A DNA stretch of 62,310 nt, filler included, from Stramenopiles sp. TOSAG23-3 (taxonomy: Eukaryota), in the NCBI GenBank assembly GCA_900128585.1. It is 19 parts of 19 records of this genome, joined end to end, with 100 filler letters (N's around TTAATTAATTAA, not from the genome) between each part and the next. Parts side by side here need not be neighbours in the genome. Positions count along the whole stretch, not along the records: positions 32,920 to 36,104 come from LT644373.1; positions 36,205 to 39,388 come from LT644374.1; positions 39,489 to 42,671 come from LT644375.1; positions 42,772 to 45,950 come from LT644376.1; positions 46,051 to 49,229 come from LT644377.1; 14 more parts are not named here. One strand, 5' to 3'. This document shows positions 33,359 through 46,051 of this stretch, piece after piece; position 1 is the first letter of the stretch; each line of letters starts with the position of its first letter. The position numbers were made by a program, and so were the translations under genes. The notes beneath the pieces are model-generated. The model saw nothing but the letters and a program-made list of their open reading frames with translations. It was not told where the DNA came from and made no database searches.

Positions 33359-35593
33359 TTACTTCACGTACGACGTTGCTTTTCTCGCTTCGTGTCCTCG
33401 ATTTAGTTCTAGCATGTACTTCACATTGTCGGTTCGAAGATTTTCATAATCGCGGTGTGCATCTGGCACAATATCCCTTCTAACGTCGTATAGGCTTGAC
33501 GCCTCCTGGCCACGTTTGCTGAAAAAAAGCATGTAGGCCCCTTGCAATTGACGCGATGCCTTGGGCGTTACAACCTCATCGTTAAAGTTGTACCAGTGCT
33601 GTTGGGGACCGTGGGCTTCTGAACTATGACATGCAGTCGCGGTGTAGTGCCCGCATGTAATCGTGGATCCATGGTGATCAATGGCTCCATAGATTTCGTA
33701 CTGCGATCCTGACACATGAATAGATACAGGGACCTTTACCAGGGCGCTTATTTTCCCAGACGATTGCCTTTTTGCATCGTAATAGAACCGTTTCAATGAG
33801 ATCACAAGAATTTTGGGAGTGCGTTGTATGGTCGACCATTTCGTTGAAGTCGACCGGCTTCCACATTTTTCGCAGAAATAATTTTCAAGCTGCTCCTCCG
33901 CGGAAAACCGTTCGACCAGGCCAGCCAGGTTAAGAGCACCAGTCGTCGCCCCGTTGCTGTCCTCTTGTTGCGGCAGTGCAACGGGTAGTTCGAAGAAGAA
34001 GTCCTCTTTGGTAGAGGACTGGTAGCATACCGAGCACTGTACATGGTTGCATATTGTGCCACGAAATATATCCAACGTAGAACTGAGTTTGCAGTTTGTA
34101 ACCAGTTCGTCCAAGAAGAATTTACAAAATTCGGAAGCATCCTGCTGTGCCCCTGTCTGAAATTGAGGCGGGACGTGCTTTCGAAACGCCTTCAGCTGGT
34201 CGCAAAGGGACGGGCGATTCGTCAGCAGCATGCTCATAAACAATCGCTTCGTTGCCTTCAAGAGTTTGAGCGACGGGTTTGCCACTATCCCAGGAACGGT
34301 TACTGTCGTGGAAAAGACAGACGCGCGGAATTCGTCGGTATGGAACAAGACTTGGATGATAGCGTTCAAGTAGCATGTATTCCCAAGATTGTCGAGTCCG
34401 ACCCTTTTGTTGCTATGCGCAAGCCTCGCCCAAGACGCCTGTCGCACGCACTCAATGCGTTCCGCGGGTGCCAGCAAGACACGGCGATGGAATAATGACA
34501 AAACATTGTCATTCCAGCATTTCTGCAGCGCCGGCACCTTGGCGTCTGGAAATGAAAAAAATACTAATTGAACCAGAGTAATGATATCTCGGTGAGCACC
34601 TAGAATAGTTTCTGCTGTTGAGGACTCTGCTATTGCAAACAGAAGTAGCGAGAGCAAGGTATGCTCCATCTTCTCTATTGTACTTTGCATTGGGTGGGGA
34701 ACAAGCATTTGACGAAGCAGCGTTATACCAGGGCCAACAATTTCCGCACGCTCAACGCTATCAAGGTTACCCATCTGCAACAGGCTTCGGCAAAGCGTCC
34801 GGCCGATCGTGCAGGCCGCAATAGGAATCGACAAAATAAGGACGTCGTACCGGTGGGCGTGCGACAAGGACTTGATTAGAAGGTTGACCCACGGGTACGT
34901 TTTTGAGGTTATTGCCCACTGGCTCGCGTTTTGCACCAAGTTCTTGAGCTGGGTGGCATCCAACACGGCCGCAGACTTTGAAAAGAATTGGTAGCATTCC
35001 TCCACGCTGCTGGCGGGGAGCACGGCGAGGATACAACGATCGCCCAACAATCTCCCAGAACCTACTCGTCCTGATGTGCCGTCCGGCGAGGTAAATTTTA
35101 CAGATGTGAGCAGGGACTGAAACAGTTGCGTGCAAGTTTGGAGGTATGCACGAGGCTCCCTGCTCTCTTCCCATGTACGCAAACACAGCCGTTGTACCAT
35201 CTCAACCTGCTCTTCGCTCGTTGTACTTGGCAATTTCAAAACCCAAGAAACAGCGCCTTTTAGGAACCGATTGCTCAGGCCGGCAGGCCAGTTTTCAAGC
35301 GATAAAGCCCGTGCGATGGACATTAGAATCAACTCCCACCCGTACTGTTGCACAAACGCGTTTTCGAACGGTGCCGACAGTAACCATCGTTCGCCAATGC
35401 TTAAAACTTCTAGCGCGTCCGACAGGCCACTACCCGATCCGTACGATAAAGACGTCTTGAGCTGGGCACAAATCATAGGAACAATCGCAACGTGGCGTGC
35501 ACCCTGCTCAACGTTGTTCCACTGTATACTTTGTAAAATTTTAAGAAACCCTTGAACAGGGGACCGTTTTGTACCAGAAGAACCCCCAGACAT
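33359..35593 (-). CDS. Ubiquitin-specific protease (C19; USP35/38-like layout)
   Basis: Cys box GLDNLGNTCYLNA, QQDASEF, two CxxC pairs, His box HHGSTITCGHY, FND. Helical N-terminal half. Confidence 0.92.
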   Translation of the reverse strand: MSGGSSGTKRSPVQGFLKILQSIQWNNVEQGARHVAIVPMICAQLKTSLSYGSGSGLSDALEVLSIGERWLLSAPFENAFVQQYGWELILMSIARALSLENWPAGLSNRFLKGAVSWVLKLPSTTSEEQVEMVQRLCLRTWEESREPRAYLQTCTQLFQSLLTSVKFTSPDGTSGRVGSGRLLGDRCILAVLPASSVEECYQFFSKSAAVLDATQLKNLVQNASQWAITSKTYPWVNLLIKSLSHAHRYDVLILSIPIAACTIGRTLCRSLLQMGNLDSVERAEIVGPGITLLRQMLVPHPMQSTIEKMEHTLLSLLLFAIAESSTAETILGAHRDIITLVQLVFFSFPDAKVPALQKCWNDNVLSLFHRRVLLAPAERIECVRQASWARLAHSNKRVGLDNLGNTCYLNAIIQVLFHTDEFRASVFSTTVTVPGIVANPSLKLLKATKRLFMSMLLTNRPSLCDQLKAFRKHVPPQFQTGAQQDASEFCKFFLDELVTNCKLSSTLDIFRGTICNHVQCSVCYQSSTKEDFFFELPVALPQQEDSNGATTGALNLAGLVERFSAEEQLENYFCEKCGSRSTSTKWSTIQRTPKILVISLKRFYYDAKRQSSGKISALVKVPVSIHVSGSQYEIYGAIDHHGSTITCGHYTATACHSSEAHGPQQHWYNFNDEVVTPKASRQLQGAYMLFFSKRGQEASSLYDVRRDIVPDAHRDYENLRTDNVKYMLELNRGHEARKATSYVK

Positions 35594-36829
35594 TTTTCGT
35601 TAGATTTCAAGACTTCGAACGGTTTGCAGCGTGCATCGTTATTATAAGACCGGCATCGTGGGTACTGGCCGGTGCCGCGCTGTCAATATATTGACCCTCG
35701 ACGACGGTTATTCTAGGCTTAACTAGTGGAGTGAGCGTTCTTACCAAGAAAGCCGCTGAATTGATAATGAACGACTTCAAATTTCAACCCAATCGATGTA
35801 CATTCACAGCCATTGCAATCAAATCGTTTTCTTTCAAAAGTCTAAAATCTTTGAGTGCATTTATATCTATATATGTTAATAGATATGACATTTATACTAT
35901 GAGATAGACCATTCAAGTTTTTGAAATTCGGAGAGATGATAATAATAGTAGTAGAAGAAGAAGAAAGAAGAAGAGAAGGAAGAAAAATAAAAAGAAGAAG
36001 AAGAAGAAAGAAGAAGAGAAGGAAGAAAAATAAAAAGAAGAAGCGAGGAAGAAGAAGAAGAAGAAGAAGAAGAAGAAGAAGAAGAAGAAGAAGAAGAAGA
36101 AGAANNNNNNNNNNNNNNNNNNNNNNNNNNNNNNNNNNNNNNNNNNNNTTAATTAATTAANNNNNNNNNNNNNNNNNNNNNNNNNNNNNNNNNNNNNNNN
36201 NNNNGGGGGGGGGGGGGGGAGTGATTTTAGTTCTAGAAGGTTTGAATAGAGATCGCACAATTCCAACTATTCGACGGTTCAATAAGTCTGTTATTCTTTA
36301 TTTATATTGTATTTTCATGTTATTGTATTATATATAAGTTATTGCAATGGTGTGATTAAGGATTAGTATATAATGAATAAATATTAGTTTGTCGTTTCAT
36401 GTTGTTTTATATATAATTATTAAGCAAGTATCACGAAGTGGTGAATATGAAATTTCTACTATCCTTAACAATTCATTCTCTTGAAGTCTTTTTTTTTTAA
36501 ATTGTTTTTCATCGTTTTAATAATAATAATAATACCTGTCTGTATTAGTTATTCAAATCAAATCAAATCAAAAGAAGAACAAATCAATAAATGAAAGAAG
36601 AAAGAAGAAGAAAGAAGAAGAAGAAGAAATAGAAGAAGAAAGAAGAAGAAGAAAAAGAAATAAAAGAAGAAAGAAGAAGAAAGAAAGAAAGAAGATAGAA
36701 GAAGAAATAAAAGAAGAAAGAAGAAGAAAGAAAGAAGAAGTGTTCAAAGGAAAACCAAAAAACCAAACCAAACCGCATCAAAACCAAAAGCACAATAAGA
36801 GCATCAAAGTGTAAAAGGATGAGAAGATA

Positions 36830-36862
<33 letters not shown>

Positions 36863-37442
36863 AACGAAGCGAAAAGGGGGAACCGCCGCCGCCGCGGGGA
36901 AAAGGAAAGGAAAAGGAAAAAGCTTCTTTCTTTTTAACATTGAAGGATCTAAACATTAAGGATTAAGGCATGCATTGATATCTCTCTCTATATATCTCTT
37001 GATGACATATTAATAGGATAGATTAAATATTTCCTTAATTTAATGCAAAACGTAGATAGAGAAACTGTGGTTTGGTTTAGCCTTTTTGTTAGTTTGATAA
37101 TTAAGGTATTATATTATCTTATATTTCATATTCATCACTTCCGGATACATACTATATCCCATACAATATCTACACAAAACAAGGACATATTATTCCATTA
37201 TATACATAATTCCTTATTTTACAATATGAAAAACCAGTGGAAACCTCCTCGTCGTCGCAACAAATTGATAGATTGTTCGGCACATTTTATTTTAGTACAA
37301 AGAAATCCAAAGTCGATTTATATGACATGAAATAAACCTGATTATTTCACAAATATCAGTCCAGCACCGCCAGTAGTTGCGAAGTAACGCGCGCTTCCAC
37401 ATACTTGTTTGTCTCTTCAATATATGATAGAGGGTTTAGGTT

Positions 37443-39078
37443 GATGAGACACCTACTTTTGTTTATGTACGCAGGGGTGCATTATGTACTCTTGTGTCTT
37501 GCTGCGGTGGCTACCTCCAGTGCCAAAGCAGCACGGGGTCCTAAACTGTTGTCTGTGTCTTCCATTTTGTCCGACGTGCTAGAACGTCGCGTATCTACTG
37601 ATTTTGAAAACGCATCTGTGATCAGTGAAAACTCGTACTCCGTCCTTCGTTTAGAGCTAACGTACAGTGAGCCAATTTACTTTCACCAGCGGAAAAATGC
37701 GAGCGACGAGAACGTATTGGCCTTAGGAGACCACGGCGTGCTTGACCTGGCAGGGTTGGTCGATGTCGAGTGCGAAGGCAAAGTGTACAAGTTTGTTCAT
37801 GAGCATCATTTTTCTGGTAGTAAGTATGGAATGTTTGATTTTGGGGCGGCCAGCAGCAAAAGGGCCCAAGCTGGAGTAGTGCCCACCATTCGAAACACAA
37901 AGTCGACCCCCACAGAATGCACCTCAAACAATTTTTGCCTCCTTTTGCACGTTCCGTCAACAACGGCGGATTCGTTCGGGTGCACCGTGGGGTTTTCGCG
38001 ACATCCACGAAACGGGACTTCTAGGTTTTTCTTGGGGAACTTTCAGGGCGACGCCATAGCTTCGAATGACCTACGGCTGCCCAATGTGCTGCGAGATTCC
38101 CTCAAAGAAAGGGCTACCACCTATGCTGTGGAGCCCAAGTTTTTGTCCGAACGGCCAGGCCGAACTGGCAACGGTAGTCGCGGGGGCGCTCGGCCCAAGG
38201 CGGAGCCCAAGGCTGACGGACTCCAAAAGGGCCAGTGCAACCTGGTAGATAGCATTTTGCACAACAAGTCGGCAGCGATTCAGAAGGCGTTCCAGAACGG
38301 CGCGGTGCTCAATGACGGTTCCGTCATGTCTGCGATGGAAGTGCATGCCGCGTTGGACTCGCACTTACGGGACCATGCGGGAATGATGGCCTCCACCATC
38401 AACACTGTTTTGGATGGTGCCGAACCGCTAATAGTGCAGGACATCATGGCGAACACCAACTCCAGATCGGCCACGAGCATGGCGAGGTATTTCAACGCCG
38501 AGATGCCCGAAATAATCGGGGCTGAAGTTCCCACTGTAGTGTCACAAATGTTGGACTTGGCCTTGACGTATAATCTGACAAATATCCTCACGGACTCTAT
38601 TACGGCCGCCGTTGTTCCGAGACTCTCGTCCGATATTTTTCGTGGTGTTGTGATCCCAATCGAGCAAGAGGTGAAGAAAGAGGCGGTGCGAAGGGTTCCC
38701 CGAGTCGTGTCCAATGTTGTCGAAGCGACGACATCGGCGCGGATTTCCAAGGCGGTCCCACGTCTGCTTGAAAGGTCACTTTCCACAAAACTCACGTACA
38801 CGTTAACGCGTAGTATCACGCATGCATTGGTCCCAACACTTGCTGGCTCCCTCTCGCACTCGAGAGATCAAAATTATTATTGCTGGGCGTGTTATGATCA
38901 CAAAGCGCACTGCAACAAATGCCACTATTCTGCCCAATCATCGTATTACAACGATTACTACAGCGATTACTACAGCGATTACTACGGCGATTACTACGGC
39001 GACTACTACGCGGATTCGCTTCGTGCAATAGAGTACCAGCACATAAAAGAAGAACGGCACCCGATCCCACCAGCGTAG
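37443..39078 (+). CDS. Putative secreted protein with Cys cluster and (DYYx)n Tyr-rich tail
   Basis: Hydrophobic N-terminus (VLLCLAAVATSSAKA). C-terminal YYCWACYDHKAHCNKCHY..YYNDYYSDYYSDYYGDYYGDYYAD. Start could be 37443 or the next ATG. Confidence 0.75.
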
Positions 39079-39488
39079 GAGAGAGAGGGAGGGGGGGAGA
39101 GACGATTTTATAGCACGTGTGTGGGGAGTTTTAATGTTTAAGCACCAAGAACGAGAAGAGCAAACAACTGAGAGGAAAATTGTCATCTCTTTATAAAATT
39201 CACAGGAGCTGTTGTTTAGAGTAATTAACGTACTGCACCCAAACATCTAATGTCTTACACAATGGGAAAAACCTGATCTAATATATTTGAAAAAGTTTTT
39301 AAAGAACTTTGGAAAGTTTACAAATGCATCAAACTTGGAAGAGTGCCGGAAATGGACCGCGTGCAGTGGGCTGGACGAAGAGCTTGGANNNNNNNNNNNN
39401 NNNNNNNNNNNNNNNNNNNNNNNNNNNNNNNNTTAATTAATTAANNNNNNNNNNNNNNNNNNNNNNNNNNNNNNNNNNNNNNNNNNNN

Positions 39489-40328
39489 AAACATCTTTTG
39501 TATGTAGTCCAAAGGAGTGTTGTAGCCGTAGATGTTGCGTTTCCAGAAATTCTTATCGTTAGTAGGATTCAGCTCGTCCCTATTCATAAACCAAGTTCCT
39601 CTTCCACTTATGCAATTTAGCCGTCCCTCAATGCCTTTTAACTTCTTGCTTAAGTGGTAAATAACGTCCATCGACGTCTTACCACTCCCAACAACATAAA
39701 TTGGTGCTCTGTTCAGTCGTTTTCCGTCCGAAGAGAACCTCATTTTTAAATTCCATTCTGGGGTCAACACGTCATTCGGCGCCAAAGAAATCACTTTGTT
39801 GGACGCGGTGGAAAACACCCCAGGGATTTTGACAGAAATATCAAAGCCGGTAGCACGAATGAGCTTCTTGGCAAAGACGCATACGGTTTGGGGGTAAATA
39901 TTTCCATTGGCCTTTGAAAGTTTGTGCGCAATCACCCGGACGGTCTTTTCGCTGCTCCCCCTTTGAACAAGGGACGGTTCGCCGCACTCGTACTGGAAGA
40001 AAGCCGCCAAGTCCAAGTCTTTCTCCTTCCGACAAGACTCTACTATACCTTCAAAATGCCGCAAAATTTCCCGTTTGTTCGCCAGGTGTGAGTCCTTTAC
40101 GTTTAAGTCCCACTCTCTTCCCCCAGCCGAAAACCCTTTGTACGGCTGGTGGAGCCTTACAAAATCGTACTGGCCAACCCACTGCCCACCCCACTCGTTC
40201 TCCCTTGCGATCACGGCAACCCGCGCCCCCGAAGACAAGTGGTGGGACGCTGCGTTCAATGCATTCACTGCAGCATACCCAGCCCCAACAATACACAGAT
40301 CAACAGATGTTTCAAACATACGTGCCAT
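39489..40328 (-). CDS. FAD/NAD(P)-dependent oxidoreductase (flavin monooxygenase-like), 3' partial
   Basis: CIVGAGYAA Rossmann motif, WGGQW, VRLHQP, ATG motif (IRATG), second motif VVGSGKTSMD. Confidence 0.8.
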
Positions 40329-40840
40329 ATTGATTCAAAGCATTTTTGGTCTTCCGCACATAGCGAATCTTTGTGTAACGAATCTTTGTGTTTATTGTCC
40401 ATTTGTTCCAGTTGGTGATCGTATAGAAGAATTAAGAATTTGAGAATATTATTACCTATATAAATATAATTATACTATATAAAAACCCGTTAAAAAGAAT
40501 TGAGACAAGTAGTCCGTCTGCCTAACTTCTAACTTATTATTATTCTTCTTTTCCTAAAAAAAAAAAACAAAAAAAAGAAGAAGAAGAGGAGGAGTTAATA
40601 ATAATAAGCTTCCTTTCTTTCACCATCTTCCTTTTGTTTACATGTCAATTATTAAATGAAAGATCGTACTTGGAAACACTGTACGAACGATTGATCAACT
40701 TCACAGTTCTGAACAGGCAGGTGTTCATAATAAAGAGAAAACGATAGCGTTTGGTTGTTCTTTCGACGTACTTTTTTATTTTTTCCCCCCCATCAGAGGA
40801 CAACAATACCACAATGTTTGTTTCCTTTTTCCCCGCTTCC

Positions 40841-41497
40841 ATGACCATATTTCAGTTTCTGGCTGATATGATGCATGTGGCGAGTTTCGTGTTTCTTATC
40901 CAACGTTTGGTAACTTCTCGTAGCGCCTCCGGCATTTCACTCAAGACGCAAGAAATGTACATGCTGGTGTTCGCGACCCGGTATTTGGACATCTTTACCA
41001 ACACTCGGTACGCCTACTTGGTGGTTATGAAGTTGCTCTACCTTGCCTTGTCCGGGGCGATAGTGTACATGATGCGCAAGAAGCACCCGTGGAGCACGTC
41101 GTACAAGCAGGAGGAGGAGAGGGACGCTTTCCTTCACTGGAAATTTGCCGTAGCGCCGTGCGTAGTTTTGGCCATTTTGGTGCACCACCGAGGGTACTGG
41201 TTTGAAATCTTCTGGGCGTTTTCCGAGTACCTCGAAGCCTTGGCCATTCTCCCCCAATTGATCCTTGTGCAGCGCTACGGGGAGGTCGAAAATATAACCG
41301 CAAATTACGTAGCCACCCTTGGCGCATACCGTGGCCTTTACGTAATCAACTGGATTTACAAATACTCCAGGCTTGGCTACATCGAATGGATCGCAACGCT
41401 GTCCGGCATTATCCAAACCTTGCTTTATGCCGACTTCTTTTACTATTACGCGATTAGCAAGTACCGTGGAAACAAGAACGTCAGCTTGCCCAAGTAA
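40841..41497 (+). CDS. ERD2: ER lumen protein-retaining (KDEL/HDEL) receptor
   Basis: MTIFQFLADMMH, SGISLKTQ, RYLDIF, FSEYLEALAILPQL, LGAYRGLY, QTLLYADFFYYY. Confidence 0.96.
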   Translation: MTIFQFLADMMHVASFVFLIQRLVTSRSASGISLKTQEMYMLVFATRYLDIFTNTRYAYLVVMKLLYLALSGAIVYMMRKKHPWSTSYKQEEERDAFLHWKFAVAPCVVLAILVHHRGYWFEIFWAFSEYLEALAILPQLILVQRYGEVENITANYVATLGAYRGLYVINWIYKYSRLGYIEWIATLSGIIQTLLYADFFYYYAISKYRGNKNVSLPK

Positions 41498-41909
41498 GCG
41501 CTGCGGGTGTTGACGCAGGGGAACAGCGGACGAGCCAAAGCCGGGGCCAAGGCGACGAGCACGGCACAGCTCACCAGGCACCCAAGGTTTGCGTGAAGAC
41601 CCTGCTGAAACGTTGAATACGCAATTGGTGTACTCTTAAAAAGCAACTGCAAGAGTTTTAAAAATAAGTTTAGCTTACTTTTACTTTAATTTTAACGCTA
41701 TCATCACACGCGGTGTAATCTTTTTCATTTTAAAAGTTATCATTTCAATTTTGTTTATATCGTATGGTAGGAGAAGTGCATTTTACGGTATGCTATGATA
41801 CGCAGTGGGTGGTCAGTCAGGGTTTCATTCTTGACAAAATATAAACTTTATATATAATACTCTCGAACCTCTTATTCAAAATGCATCATTTGCTCCCTAG
41901 CTTTATCCA

Positions 41910-42001
41910 CCGTGCACAGCGTAGCCTCGGCCTTGACCCAGCGTCCAATTCAATGGACAACTCTTTAAAGGATCAAAGGCGTCATTTGGCCGCTCTCACG
42001 G
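41910..42001 (-). promoter_or_regulatory. SECIS element for the SelS-like gene
   Basis: Minus strand: CCGTG..GCG helix I, ATGAC, helix II GCCTTTGATCC/GGGTCAAGGC, apical AAA, GTCCA/TGGAC minihelix, CGAG, then CGC..CACGG. Confidence 0.87.
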
Positions 42002-42056
42002 CGTGGTCGCAATCTAGAGCAGAAATTCGCAAGCGCGGCGGTTCCCACACTTGCGG

Positions 42057-42476
42057 TTAGCCTCAGCCACCCCCCTTCGGCCGACGCCTAGACGATTGAA
42101 ACGACGAACCTCCCCGTGAGGACCCTGTTCCCGTCAACGGATTGTACCCACTCGTCACCGCCGCAAGCTTTCTCTTCTCTTCACGGTCTTGCTCCTTCCG
42201 TTGCCGAACCAAACGGCCGACTTTTTTCTCTTGCTCGTACCGTTCCAAGAGCTTCTGACGCGCTTGTTCCCTTCTTCCGTCCAAAGCTGTGACACGATCA
42301 GGATCTTTTGCCAGACTGAGCTGGCGTTTTTTGTACAAGTTTCCAAGCCAAGGGTTTATGTAATAATAACCAACATAGTTCAAAATACAACCAAGAAGAA
42401 GCAGAAAGAATCCGTTTCGTTCAATGAATCCAAAGACACCGTCGATCACGTCAGTCACGTCAACGGGCAGCGGCAT
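42057..42476 (-). CDS. SELENOS: Selenoprotein S-like (VIMP), penultimate Sec at TGA 42063-42065
   Basis: Single N-terminal TM, coiled coil, then GYNPLTG..RRRPKGGG-TGA-GGC-TAA = GGUG*, the SelS-type C-terminus. 139 aa from ATG 42476. Confidence 0.9.
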
Positions 42477-42771
42477 CGTGTTTGTTAAGCACACACACAA
42501 TAGGGCAAACTGAAACACAGAAAATACAACGCCCTCCTGAGCTTATAGTTAAATGTATTTAAACTGACCTCTCATTGTTGTACAAATCCAACCAATCCAA
42601 TTTTTACTTTTATTATTATTTTACTATTTTATTTTTTTATATATTTTATTATACACTTCTTCGAGGTGGGGNNNNNNNNNNNNNNNNNNNNNNNNNNNNN
42701 NNNNNNNNNNNNNNNTTAATTAATTAANNNNNNNNNNNNNNNNNNNNNNNNNNNNNNNNNNNNNNNNNNNN

Positions 42772-44014
42772 CCATTGCGATAGTTTCCAAGATGAAATTT
42801 AATCTTTCTGAATGGGCTTCAACGGCAGCTCTGTGTTTTTGCCTTTGCTCTTCCAAAAGCTTTTGCCTTCTCGCCGAGGCGGCAATAACCCTGTTCTCTC
42901 GCATTTCAGAATTCTGAGTAGCTCGCAATTGCTTTTCCATTTGAATCTCCTTGTCAATTTGTACTCTTCTATTGGCCGCTCGTGCGATCCTTCCTCTGAT
43001 GACGTCAGCTTGAGCTCTGCAAATTTCCCACAACTGTTCGTCGTACTCGTCTTTCAGACGGTGACCTCTCATTTCCAAGTAAACAGCCTTCTTGACCCTT
43101 GCTTCAATAATTTGTTTGTACTCCAGCACCAGCATTTCTCTCTTTTGTGCTGCTTTTTCCTGCTTCTCTAACGCTTTTACGTGGCGCTCTGCCATTTCTT
43201 GCTCCTTTTTCGATGCAATCGTCAATAGATGGTACGCTTTCAGCTCTTGTTTTTCTTCCATGCGAAATTTACGTTCAGCATCCTGGTCTTCTCTGTTTTT
43301 TTTATGCTTTGCATGTAGTGCTTCCTGCTTTATTCTGCGCCGAAGGTTCACCTCTTCAACGATTTTTTTCATTTTTTCAGTATTGCTGTCTCTTCGGTTT
43401 TGCACATCGTCTGCGTTCCTAGACTTGTGACCGATTGCAGTAGGAACATAAGCGCATGATGGGGCTGTCAAGGGTCTTCTTGCCCGAGGCGATGGGGAAG
43501 ACACTCCGCTACCTCCAGAGCGATCAACCATGCTGTACAGGGTAATCGGTTTAACTTCTGCAGGGGGCCTGGGGAGCTGTTCGTTAAACCGAATAATATA
43601 TTTTCTGGCAAGTTTTCTGTATTTCTCTTCTTCAAAATCTGCAGATTGTTTCTTGGCTAGCTCTATTCTAAACTTTATGTGCGCATAATGGGCATCGTTG
43701 TCAGCTTTCTTTTTCTCATACACTTCCCTTCTTTTTCTCTCGCACTCTTTAATTTTTCCAATACGCTGCGCTTCAAATCTTGCATTTCTCTTGTTCTTCT
43801 CTTCTTGAATTTGTTTCAAGCGGTGACCCCTATTTTTTTTTATTTGATGCAACTTTGAGTTCGTCGATGCCTTTTTACGACCAGCATCAATGAGAACCTT
43901 TTCGTCCATGTGTTGCTTTCTGAGATAAATCTCCTGGGCACCATACATTTTTTTTAATCCATGGATTGTCCTGGGCCATTCAGCAAAGCCATAGGGAGGT
44001 TTAATTTTTGTCAT
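42772..44014 (-). CDS. Charged coiled-coil hypothetical protein, 3' partial
   Basis: More than 410 aa open, K/R/E-rich, with an RPLTAP motif. Confidence 0.7.
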
Positions 44015-45137
44015 TGAAATTGAATTTTAATCGCTGCTTGTGCCGTTTCTGCTTGAACGTTCTGATTCGAATGTTTGTTTCATTTACAAAAGATGATTTG
44101 GAATACATGCTAGTCACTTAATTAATCCATTTGGTAGTAAAATTGGGACATGAGATCATTTTCTGTTTCACCTTTTTTCTTTATAAGGTATTTGTCTTTT
44201 GTGTTGCTTGCTGATTCTGCTGTGAATAGTAGTAAAATGAATATAGCATGTTGCATGATTATGATAGAGGACTACAATTACGGATGAATCGTATACTAAG
44301 TTGCTAGTCTACCAGTTCAGAGAATGGGTAAATAATAGCTAGTTATATTGTGTGTGACCTAACTTCATAAAATAACACAATTCACTCACTGAAAGTTTGC
44401 CAAGAAGGTTGTGAAACGGCTGATTGCAGGTCGATACAATACAAAAAATACTATACAGTGGGACACCCTCTTTGCTTTCTGCTAAGCGTTCTGCTGGATG
44501 ATTATAATAATTCCACCAATAATACCACCGGGCCTCTCATACATGGTTCGATTGATAATGATGCAACTGCACTTAAATAATGGATCATTTCTGCAGGAAT
44601 TCTTCGTTTTGAAACGTGACACGTGTCGATTGCAGGAATTCAATCCATTATTTTTCTCAGATAGTGCACGATTTGGACCAGAAAGGCTTTATTTTAGTAT
44701 GTCCTCCGAGGAAGAGGACGATTATATGAACGAGAGCTTGAAAAGTGATAGAGACTAAGGGGGAAAGAATGAGAACGCACGTTTCTCCAATGAATGATAT
44801 TAACATAATGCCTCACCGTCCAGTAAATAATTTTGAGAAGGAGGAAAACAAACAAGAAAAGGCTCTTCGTAAACGCCGGGTAAAGAAAGGAAAACGTACA
44901 AAAACCACCAAAATTGGCAAAAAGAAGAAAGCGAGAAGGGGGAAAACATTTTTCAAAGAAAAGAAAAAAAATAACCGTGAAGCACCCTCTCTTCACGAAT
45001 GGAAAGCTTGGGATCAAAGGAGGCCAAATTATTATACGCCAAAAGACATAATCGAGAAAGCATCCATTAAAGGTTTATGCAGTTTTCGGAGGAATGCTTG
45101 CAGCGCCTGCAACAGGGGTATTGTTAAGCACGAACAT

Positions 45138-45950
45138 TTAGTTGACCCAATCTCCACAAAAAGTCAAATTGCGCCGGAACGATTGGGCTCGGACAGAACC
45201 TTCACGTGGTCGGACACTGAACCGACTGCTGATGTTGTCGACTCTAAAATTACCATCTAAATTACCACAATTCACAAGCATTACGGATATTTTTTTCTTT
45301 GTTGCCAGCTTTATCGACCCGAAATTTACTTGCAGGGTTGTCTGAAGGGTTTCGTCAACGCTGTGGTCATGCTTCCCTATCATTTCGCTTAATTCATCGG
45401 TGGCTTCGAATTTATTCAAGCGCAGTAAAGGCTGGGCGCCAATTCCACGAGCATCAAAAATTGAGCTCGAGTCATTGCTGTGCGAAATGTCCGATATCAA
45501 CCCAAGTTTAATTGCGTATGCCATGTGCGGGATAGAAGGCTCGAAACTTATCGTAACCTCTTGCGTCTTTCCAGGATGCAGAACCCCTTCCGATTTTGAA
45601 AGAAAAAAGGCAGTTAAATCGATATCGTCATCATCATTATTTTCTGAAAGACAAGCTGGCAAAAGGTTGGTATGGGTCTTTTCCAGAATCTTTACTGCCC
45701 ATGGGACAGAAACTACTCCAATGTTTGTAAATGATACAACTTCCGTCCTTGTATCGTTGGTCAAGACCGGTCCCAGATTTGAATGCAAAGAGTTGAATTG
45801 TAGTGCAGGTTGGGATATTGCTTTAAAATCAAACGTGAACCTGCTTTCAGCCTCACCGATGTGCTGAGAAGACCGTAGAAGGTCTTCGTCGCTTCAAAGG
45901 GATTCTAAGGATACGTTCCTGTCCCGTTTATTTAATCCTGCAACAAATTT
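45138..45950 (-). pseudogene. Fragment with ASH/PapD-like Ig domains (Hydin/CFAP-like), interrupted by stops
   Basis: FTNIG..W..SEGVLHPGKTQEVTISFEP and VNFGSI..LVNCGNL..FSVRPREGSV patterns. In-frame TGA near 45895 and an early TAA at 45138. Confidence 0.45.
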
Positions 45951-46051
45951 NNNNNNNNNNNNNNNNNNNNNNNNNNNNNNNNNNNNNNNNNNNNTTAATT
46001 AATTAANNNNNNNNNNNNNNNNNNNNNNNNNNNNNNNNNNNNNNNNNNNNC

